Positions 36,111 through 45,100 of a DNA stretch of 53,837 bases are shown one piece after another. Positions within the stretch are counted from its first letter, which is position 1, and each line of letters opens with the position of its first letter. The translations under genes and the position numbers were made by a program. Origin of the DNA: a virus. Lineage: Duplodnaviria > Caudoviricetes. The stretch lies in IMG/VR virus record IMGVR_UViG_3300025018_000016, positions 1 through 53,837 of that record, one strand, 5' to 3'. Under the pieces are notes generated by a model that was not told where the DNA came from, ran no database searches, and saw nothing but the letters and a program-made list of their open reading frames with translations.

Positions 36111-37391
36111 TTAAGCTACAATTCTAGAGCCGATATCCCGACTCCGATTGCCCGACGAACTACCGAGAGCCCAACACCGAGCCCCCGCAAACGCCCCACC
36201 ATACCAATCACCGCCCAAAAGAGCCCCGCGAACACCTGTTGAGCGATATAGGTAATCGCCTATTTTCGTGCTAGACGACCCTGTCGTCTGCTTTGGAAAA
36301 CTCGTGTAATTGTTCGTGGTGTTAACCACGAGGTTAGAAACATACCCACTTGCACTCGCTATAGGCTCTCCGATATATTGGTAATCTCCTGTAAATATAT
36401 CATCAACAAAACCGCTGTTTTTTCTACTTACGAAGATGCTGGAATCTGTTACATTTACACCATCGACCCATTTCCAAATATTGCCCCAGAAATTTTCAAT
36501 TCCACCATATCTAACAGAGCGTTGACCGTTATTCAGTACCCATCCACTGCCATTGCCAAGAGCTGATGTATCGCCTGTTGCTATTGCCATATTAGTTGAA
36601 CCATCATCGGTTAGACTTACTACACCTTGACCTACACGCTCCTGAGACTTGTAATCACCTATCTCAATTAACATCATCATTTGTATTGCTGCTACGGCAT
36701 TATTGTGCTGTTGTTGCCATCTTGTACCTCTGTTGTTAGCTAATTTTCTAGCATTTGAACGAGTCAAGTTCTGAGTATGTCCACTAATCGGTTTTGCTCC
36801 AGTAATTGAACTAAGCTTATCTCCTGTCCCCACTGTAAAGTCTGCAACTTGTGCATCATTTAAAATATAAGCACTTGCAGAAGAATCCCACAAACAACCT
36901 TCATATGTGCTAAAATATCTTTTAACTGGTAAGCCTGTCACATCGTCAATAAACCAAGGATGCAAAGACCATCCTGTATCTGTTTTAACGGTAGGAGATA
37001 TTAACGTTATAATCTCGTTATCTTCTACATAAGCTTTGTACCAAAAAGGCACATGTTCTGTCATGACCTGTCCATTCGTGCCATTTTCAACATAGTTACC
37101 GTCACCAAAGTAGGCGTTGACCGTTACTCCATCGTCTGCTAGATTGCAAACTCTACGTTGAGAGTATGGAGCGATTACTGCAAAGTCATTGACTGCACCA
37201 TTAACTCCAAATGTTTTGTTGATAGCTTGTCCTAATCTACGGTAAGTATCCGATGTAGGATTCCAACCGATTCCGAGCACGTCAGATAGTCCGACAAAGT
37301 CATTTAAATTTGTAACTTGTTGCGCAATCTGTTCCGATTGTGTAGTTAAATTTTTAATGTCTGATCTTAGTTTGTAAATTAATTCATCCAT
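36111..37391 (-). CDS. Mtd-like receptor-binding protein with C-type-lectin-fold C-terminal variable region
   Basis: GQVM, HPWF, YEG and GIENFWGNIWKWVDG motifs. Terminal LLGGDWYGGAFAGARCWALGSSSGNRSRDIGSR. Confidence 0.8.
   Translation of the reverse strand: MDELIYKLRSDIKNLTTQSEQIAQQVTNLNDFVGLSDVLGIGWNPTSDTYRRLGQAINKTFGVNGAVNDFAVIAPYSQRRVCNLADDGVTVNAYFGDGNYVENGTNGQVMTEHVPFWYKAYVEDNEIITLISPTVKTDTGWSLHPWFIDDVTGLPVKRYFSTYEGCLWDSSASAYILNDAQVADFTVGTGDKLSSITGAKPISGHTQNLTRSNARKLANNRGTRWQQQHNNAVAAIQMMMLIEIGDYKSQERVGQGVVSLTDDGSTNMAIATGDTSALGNGSGWVLNNGQRSVRYGGIENFWGNIWKWVDGVNVTDSSIFVSRKNSGFVDDIFTGDYQYIGEPIASASGYVSNLVVNTTNNYTSFPKQTTGSSSTKIGDYLYRSTGVRGALLGGDWYGGAFAGARCWALGSSSGNRSRDIGSRIVA
37321..37344. 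repeat. Cassette-boundary site G, in frame within the RBP gene: tgcgcaat-ctgttccg-attgtgta
   Basis: Encodes TQSEQIAQ at about residues 17-24 of the 426-aa protein. Confidence 0.65.
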
Positions 37392-37402
37392 AAAATACCT
37401 CC

Positions 37403-37642
37403 TTAAATTTTAATCCATTCTCCGTCCGTCATCTGGAAAAAGTCAGTAAACTCTTTTGTAACATCATCCCTTACTTTCATGATTGATCCATTGTTAATAG
37501 TTCCTCCATGTTTATCTATTAGTGGAGGGAATCCACCAACTAAGTCAGTTGTTAAACAATTATAACGCACTTTTTTGTCTTTGTTTTCTACATTTACCAT
37601 AATATCAATCTCCTTTATTTTACTTGTTATTAGATTCTGCAA
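37403..37642 (-). CDS. Hypothetical protein
   Basis: ORF in the late operon. Start uncertain. Confidence 0.55.
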   Translation of the reverse strand: MQNLITSKIKEIDIMVNVENKDKKVRYNCLTTDLVGGFPPLIDKHGGTINNGSIMKVRDDVTKEFTDFFQMTDGEWIKI

Positions 37643-37647
37643 CTAAA

Positions 37648-38016
37648 TTACTCTGCTATTGTTGTAAATGCTTGCCATGCACTCCATCGTGTATATTGTT
37701 CCATTGGTTCATCAGTTAAATGCCTTGCTCTTACTTCATATTCCGTTGCTGCGTCTAACGCCGGAGTTACATTAACTTCTTTGCCCGATGTCAAATCACT
37801 TTCATAAGCAACTACACCTGTTGAGGCTAGTCTAATTTGAACTTCTACACTGTCGCTTGTGTAGTCTATAAATGCCTGAGAAGTTTCTTGAATTTCTGCC
37901 CATGACCCAACATAACTTAATGTAGCGGTTCCAGTTGCTGTTATTATCCTTACTTTAACTTCTGTATCTTCTGTTGTCCTAATAGAAGCTTTTGCTATGC
38001 CTTGTGAATAAATCAT
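37648..38016 (-). CDS. Fn3/Ig-like virion protein (possibly the C-terminal part of a frameshifted gene)
   Basis: LDAATEYEVRARH...SAWQAFTT is the Fn3-type C-terminal pattern. Confidence 0.6.
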   Translation of the reverse strand: MIYSQGIAKASIRTTEDTEVKVRIITATGTATLSYVGSWAEIQETSQAFIDYTSDSVEVQIRLASTGVVAYESDLTSGKEVNVTPALDAATEYEVRARHLTDEPMEQYTRWSAWQAFTTIAE

Positions 38017-38122
38017 TTTCTTTCATAAAGTTAAGAGCTGGTTCAATATCTTTCTCAGACGCTATGTTACCTTCTGGTGGTATAAACCCTAAACCTCTTT
38101 GTATGCTATTTAATAAAAACAT
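37979..38122 (-). CDS. 47-aa ORF MFLLNSIQRGLGFIPPEGNI..., possibly the N-terminus of 37648..38016
   Basis: Read by hand, strong RBS GAAAGGAG. Shares LGFxPPEG(N/D)I with 34207..34896. Confidence 0.55.
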   Translation of the reverse strand: MFLLNSIQRGLGFIPPEGNIASEKDIEPALNFMKENDLFTRHSKSFY

Positions 38123-38141
38123 ATATTCTCCTTTCTTACAA

Positions 38142-38169
38142 TACGAGGGCCACTTTTCGCAGCCCTCGT
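38142..38169. terminator. Hairpin acgagggc...gccctcgt after the holin
   Basis: 8-bp GC-rich stem with a weak U tail. Confidence 0.45.
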
Positions 38170-38176
38170 TAAAATG

Positions 38177-38482
38177 TTATTTTTTCGTTATTGGTTCTAC
38201 AATTAATTCATGTGCTTTCAATGTTGCAAACCATACAACTACTGAATTAATAATCCATAATAAAATGCTGATCAATATACTTTGAAATGATAAAATTTCC
38301 TTTGCTTGTACGAGTGTTTTAACTGCCACTAGAATTATTGCGACAATTAATACAACCCACATAGTTTCATTGTCAGGTATGGTTCTGTCAATCAAGTTTT
38401 TAAATGCTTGAACAAATAGCCAACAAATAAATATCATTCCTGGAAAACTTAGTACATAATCAATATTCACAAAATCATTCAT
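38177..38482 (-). CDS. Holin
   Basis: 101 aa with three hydrophobic segments, in the lysis region. Confidence 0.65.
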   Translation of the reverse strand: MNDFVNIDYVLSFPGMIFICWLFVQAFKNLIDRTIPDNETMWVVLIVAIILVAVKTLVQAKEILSFQSILISILLWIINSVVVWFATLKAHELIVEPITKK

Positions 38483-38493
38483 TTACTCACTCC

Positions 38494-38757
38494 TTATCTA
38501 AACCGTTTTTTAAGTTCCTTTAATCGCTCTTTACCTACATATTTTACACCTTTGTTTAATCTACTGTCAAACAATAGGTCAGATAAACAAGAACAGTTAT
38601 CTTTATATTCCATAATTCTTTTTGCAATCACAGGACCAATATTGTCAATTTCTAATAACTGTTCATATGTAGCTTCTTGAATAGGTGTTTTTTCTTGCTC
38701 ATTAACAATTAAAACAATTAAAGATACAACCACAAGTGCAATACATATTTTACGCAT
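38494..38757 (-). CDS. ComEA-like helix-hairpin-helix protein with N-terminal membrane anchor
   Basis: ATYEQLLEIDNIGPVIAKRIMEY...DL....VKYVGKERL. Confidence 0.75.
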   Translation of the reverse strand: MRKICIALVVVSLIVLIVNEQEKTPIQEATYEQLLEIDNIGPVIAKRIMEYKDNCSCLSDLLFDSRLNKGVKYVGKERLKELKKRFR

Positions 38758-38758
38758 A

Positions 38759-39139
38759 TTACACCACCTTATGTATACGGTCGCAACGCTCTCTTATCTG
38801 TCTTGTTTCTGAATGGATAAAAGTTCTTAATTCTTTTATGTCTGCTGTGTTTGTGTCAATATCTTTGCGCTGCTCTTTTTGATTTGTTATCAACTCTTTA
38901 ATGTCTGATTTGTTTGCGTCCGTATCATTTTCAATAGTTCCCATAAACTTTTTTAATTCAGCATTTGACGTAATAATATTTTCAAGCGTTGCTGACATTT
39001 GCATTTCAGCTTTTGTCTTTTCTTCAATTGCCTTAGATTTACGGTCCCATGCTTTAGAAATTTTTGTTGCGATAAATGATAGAAACCCTCCTATTGTTCC
39101 TATGATAGCAAGTACTGTAGCAACTGTTTCAATAGGCAT
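38759..39139 (-). CDS. Membrane-anchored coiled-coil protein (holin-associated type)
   Basis: RBS AGGGAGG before MPIETV. One TM helix then heptads. Confidence 0.6.
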   Translation of the reverse strand: MPIETVATVLAIIGTIGGFLSFIATKISKAWDRKSKAIEEKTKAEMQMSATLENIITSNAELKKFMGTIENDTDANKSDIKELITNQKEQRKDIDTNTADIKELRTFIHSETRQIRERCDRIHKVV

Positions 39140-39158
39140 ATTATTTACCTCCCTTTCA

Positions 39159-42100
39159 TTAGTCTTGTTCGTATAATGCGTCATATTTTGCAATTAGCTG
39201 TAGTTCTTCAGATGTTAACAGTTCTCCGTTCATTGTTTTAATTGCAACAGAGTCTTGAAGCATTTGGATATCAACTAAAAGAGCTTTCTTTTCATCACCA
39301 CTTAATGTTGATTCTTTAATTGCTTTATTAACTCCATTTAGTTTTGTCATAGTTTTGTACATTTTTTTTATATAAGTATAATTTTTTGCAAAGTCTGCCG
39401 GATATTCTTGGTCTAATTCTCTATACTCAGCAGCTTTAACTTTTACTTCATTTGTATATTCATAGAAATCCTCTACATATACACTACCGGTATATGGACT
39501 TGCAATTAAACCTCGAACAAATGGCATATTACCTAATAATGTTTTTGCCGGATCTTCTATTTTTTCTCCTTTGCCTGTTGCTAAAATAATAGAGTCAATT
39601 GAGTTAAGCAAAAATCTTCCTGCTGTACCCAATGATTGCGTAATTGCATAGTCAACCATTCTAGGGCTTTCATTAAATGTCCTTCCATACTCTTTTGCAA
39701 ACTCTGATGTTGTAGTTCCGTACTGTAAATATTTAGGTCTGCTACTTTCTGAAAGAGGAACTATTGAACCTTTGTAAAACATTGAGTATCCTGAAGCAAG
39801 TTCAGAATGTACTTTGTAAACTTGTGGAATAAACTCAGGAAGTAACATTTCAATAACTCTTTCTTTGTAACCTTTAAAAGCTTTTGGGTCATTTTCTTTT
39901 AAATACTCAACCATTCTTTCTGTTCCTGACCCAAAGAATAGCCCTAATTCTTGTGGTTTTGGTATCTTAACAATTTCATCTCCAATAAATGCAATCCAGT
40001 ACATGTCTTTTGTATAGCGGTCTAGCCTATTATATCGCTCGTCATCACTATTCATTAAGTAAAGCATCGCTGAAAATGCTGCAAGCATACCTCCTTTGAC
40101 TAACATGTTTACTGGATTAGTTACTGCACTTCTTGCAAACTTGTCAACACCTTGAATGCTTGCGTTAAAGAAAGGTATTAATTTGTTTATTTCTCTTCCA
40201 ATGTAACCTGCTCTCATAAAGTCCATTAAATCTCTACTGTCAAGAGCTGCTTGAAGTATTGCGTTGTGTTCAGACATTCCTTTTTGTATGTTCTTATTGT
40301 AAGATTGTCTAAATTCTCCAAGTCTTGTTGAACTTTCTACCGCTTCATTAAGTCCACGTAAAGCGTCTAATGGCCTACTAATAACACCAAGCACGTTATC
40401 TGCAAAATCTTTTTCGTAAAGCTTTCGAGTGTCTTTTTTAATATAGTCTCTGTCGATTGCAGAAGCTGTATTGTTGATTGCTCCCGCCGATAACGCTTTG
40501 TAATAAAGATCAGTTTTGCCCATTTCTTCGTAAATACCTCTAACACTGTGAACAAATGGTATAAAGTTACTTTGAGAAAAAACAGATGCAGCAACGGTAT
40601 CTTTAATAAAGTTTCTAAGTACAAAAGCGTCACTAAACTCTGTTGCTCCTGCTCTTAAAACTCTTGCAGGAAATCCTAGTATTTTACCAATGATTTTTAA
40701 TTGCGGATAATCCGCTTGAGTAAACACTCTCAGCATATCCTTGTTATGTATCTCATAAAACTCTCGTTTTCCCTTGTTTAGAACAGTGATTACATTGTCT
40801 TTGTTTGGATACATATTAGGTTGGAATAGTGTTACTTTGTCAACTTCATTAGATATATCAATGTCGTAATTCTTTTTAATTAGCTCTGCTAATGTGTCGC
40901 CTTCTATTTCAATTGCTTTTATTGGTGGCGGTATTTTATCAAAATACTTCCCTGCTCCGTCTGCATTGTGATAATTAAACAAGGTTTTATTTGCTTCATT
41001 TACATCGATGGCATTATAAATAGAATATGTGTTTCTTACAATGCTTTCAATCGGGTTAATAATATCAAGATAACTTCCTTTTATTTTCATAATTGGATTA
41101 CCGGCTTTTGATCTTTTTCCGCTTGCAGCACTATTAATAACTCTGTTAAATGGCATGTAATATCTGTTGACTTCTTTTATTTGTTCATAAGCTTCAGGCG
41201 TAATCAAATCATTCATAGAAGCAATCTTTAATAAAGTGTCATTGTATTTATAAATCTCCTTAAGTGTTTTATTGAATTGAACATCATTTTTATATTTTGA
41301 TATTGTTGCATTAACGTCCTTGATGTCAATTCCTGTTTCAATACCTCGTTCAGTCAATTCGTTAGCTCTCATTGATACTGCGTAAGCCATAAATTCATTA
41401 AACATTTTTGATTCTCTTACAGGAGCAATTATTTCATACAAACCTTTTGTTAAAAAGTTTCCTGTTTTTGGATCAATCAAACCACGTTCCATAGCTGTTG
41501 TGGTTTTACCAATACCGCTTGTAACCGCCAGTCTTTTTTTAGTCATTGGGTCACTAGAAGGATTAACTTTGCCTACTACATCTCTAACAAAATTATAGAT
41601 AGGGTGATTAATGTCAACCATTGCAGTGTACAAGGTGCTGATAATTTCCTCAGGTTTAGTTATTTCATGTCTGCGTGGTCTTAATTGTACATTTGAAAGA
41701 ACTCTTTCGCTTGAATTCATTTTCATGTATTGATCCATTAATTCATTTAATGCACTTGTTAGTTCTTTAGTAACTTTATCTGTTTTAATTACATCTTCAA
41801 TTGCATTGTAAGTATAGATAAAGTTCTGTTGAGCAAGTTCCTTACTTTGAAGATAAGTACTGAAGAACTCTGCTATACCTTCTTGTATAACTTCTTTTTT
41901 TGTATACGTTTTTCTGCTTACAGGCTTACCGGCATTGTATAACTCACCGGCTATTAATGGATTAGCTGTTATTTTATTGGTCAAGTCAAAATGCTGATCA
42001 AACCAATGGCCGACTTCATGCATTAATACATCCATTTGTTTTGCGTTTTTTACTCTTATGATTCCAGAGGATTTAAAAATACCTAATGCATGTTGTCTAA

Positions 42101-45100
42101 AGTTGCCTTCTTTTACAGGAACTTCTAAAAACTTATCAATTAATTTTTGTGCGTCACTTAATCTAGCTTTTTCACCTTTCCCCACTCCTTGCATTGGATA
42201 AAGTTTTTGAACATATGTAGCTGCTGCTTTAGGTCCGTTGCTTGGCTTTCCGTCATTAATATCCGCAAGCAATAAATCTTCGTTAGTCGGCATCCATTTT
42301 AGCGATGAAGGTTTAGTTAATGCTTTTGGTTTTAATGAAATATCAAAATTTCCTTTTAATTCATACATTGAACTAGGGCTTGGTTTAACAGGAAAAGTTG
42401 CGCCTACTAAAAGACCATTTGAATCTTTAAATATTATCATCGGTTCATTAATAGCCTGGTATGCTGTATATTCTCCGTTAAAAGGTTGAAGTAGTTTTGT
42501 GTTATACATACGAGTAATTCCTTGGCCTGAAACTACAGTATATTTATTACGTGCATTTTTTTCTCCTACTAAGTCAATAAAATTACTTACCGGAACATAT
42601 TCATCACTCATGAACTTATTTAATTGAGCAATTGAATCAACTGATTTTTCTATTTTCAACTTTGTTGTTGGATCAATAGATGATACTTGTTCAATGTAGT
42701 TTGTAAGTTGTTTAAATTCATTTGGAGTTATAAACATACCACTATTTCCTTCTGTAGTTATATATTTGTATCCTTCAAAGTTAGTTACTACAATAGAGCT
42801 GTTTTTTACATAACTTGCAATGTTCTTTGGTATTTCTGCCATTTTAACTTTAATTCCTAAAGCATGAAGCGTTTCTGCTATAACTGTTGGAGAATTTAAC
42901 AATGTCATCGTTCCGTCATCAGGTATTTTCATTACAATTGTCTGCGCATCCATGTCTCGATTAGCAATTGAGTTAACAATAAATTCTTTCATGTCGTATG
43001 TATATCCGGATGCTGTAGCGTTTGGAATAATTAAATTGTCAATTTCTAATGTGTTATTTTCTATTGCTGCTGTTAATGCAGGTAAACTATGCCTTGCTTC
43101 AAGTGGGTTGCTTTTCGCTTTGCCATGTGACGCTCTAATCAGCTCATTAGAAGCTTTTGCTCCTGTAGCTATATCATTTGTATTGACCTTTGGATTAGAC
43201 GCTTTAATAGAGTCAATATCGTTGATTACGGGTTTACTTATAACTACTATCCTTGTATTGACTCCTGTCTTTCGGTCACTTTCTTTAAATGTTCCATCTG
43301 GTAATTGTTCATTTGTTTGATCTAGTCCGTCAAGCCATTCTCTAAATGCTGTTGCTTTTTTATCGCTTCTAAAGAAAGGACCTTCGCTCATAATCGCAAC
43401 AAGTCTGCCACCAGGTAAAAGATTGTTTTCATAAGCATACATAACATGCTCTATATCTTGGCTATTCTCGAAAGGTGGGTTCATGATAATTTTATTGTAT
43501 TGAGTTTTTACTTCTAAAGCATTATTTCCTACAACATTATGCCCTTTGTCTTTTAGCAATTGCGCCATTGAATTATTATACTCAACTACATCAAGTGTAC
43601 CTTTTGAAATCTTGTCAGCTATGTGTCCAACACCTGCGCTTGGTTCAAGAATTTTTTCACCTTCTTTGATGTCTGCAATTTCAATCATGTTGTCAACAAT
43701 ATTTTCAGGAGTAGGGAAAAATCCTTCAATCTTTTGTCGGGTGAACTCGGATTCTCTTTGCTTAATATTTCGCTCTATTTGAGTCTCTTTGCTTATCTTA
43801 GTACTGTTAAAGAAAGGTAAGTATTCTCTTAGTGCAGCTCTTAAATCTCCGTCAGTTTCAATTCCTAGTTTTTTTAATCGGTTAAAGTCTTGAATAGTAC
43901 TTTTAACACTTCCAAAGTCATTAACACCTTTACTTATAAGCTCATTCAATATTTCTTCAAACTTGTAAACAGGAAGATCATCTTGGTGTCTTTTTGCTGA
44001 ATTTAACGCAGAATTACTTTTTTGAATCATTCCTTTAATTTTAGTTCCTTCTTCAAGCATTTTTATTACATGCTCTTTATAAAGCGTTCTTACTTTAGCA
44101 AAATCTATTCCGTCAATAGTAACAGGTTCTCCTTTTAGCTCTCTGCGCTTTAATTCGCTCATATAAGCATCCTGATAGCCTTTTGTGACGTCATTTATAT
44201 AATCATGCTTTGCCCTGCTCATACGACCGTCTAGTGATTCAATTTGCGCTTTTGAATTAATCTTAGACAAGAACTTTAATTCTCCGCTATCTAAGGCATC
44301 GGCTATTTGATTGAGAACAGCTTGGGTTCTTTTCATTCGGTCACCATCCATTTGTGCACTTGCTGCCATTGCTGCACGTCTATTGGTATTGGTTTGTCTG
44401 CCGGCGTACTTTTCATCAATAGCTTTTTGCATATTGCTAGCTACTGTTCTAAGTCTATCAGCATTGCTTGTGGACTTATCAACAATGTTATCAACAGTTT
44501 CCGTCATGTTACCTTTAAGTGTATTTATTACATTGTTATATTTTTGAGTAGCTACGTCAATTGATTCAGTAGGAAAGAAGAATTTACCTTTCCAATATGA
44601 TCCACCTTCTTTTTTTACTACTTCAAGAATTTTAGACCACTCATTCTTTTCAATCCTGTCTGTTAGTTCAAACTCAAAAAGCTTGTTTCCTGTTTTTGTA
44701 TGTGTTCCTTCAACAAGTTTGCCTATTACATCTGCGCTGACTGCAACCTTATCCATTGCTTTAGCTTCAGGAAGTGACTGTTTTGCTGCTAATTTAAGAT
44801 CATCAAGTTTTCTTCTTTCTTCTGTGGTTAAAACTCTTGATTTCGAAGCTAGAATATAATCATCTAATGTTTCAGGATTATCTATTCTATTCTTCTTTTC
44901 CATTGAAGCTGTTTTTTTATCAATAGCTTCTTGTTTAATTTTGTCAACAATAGATTGGTACTTATCTTTTGTCAATCCCTCTTGAAGTTTTTTTACTTGA
45001 TCTCTTAATTGATTAAGCTTGTTTTCATGATTAAACCCGCTTGTTGAAATAGTTTTTGAATCGCTTAATGTAAATATAATATTGTTTAATTGTTCTTGAT

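Noticed and set aside
13505-37344. Cassette sites as XerCD dif/pdif sites or CRISPR repeats
   Set aside because: dif has TAA-N6-TTA inner geometry whereas these are CAAT-N8-ATTG. They are dispersed, not regularly spaced with unique spacers.
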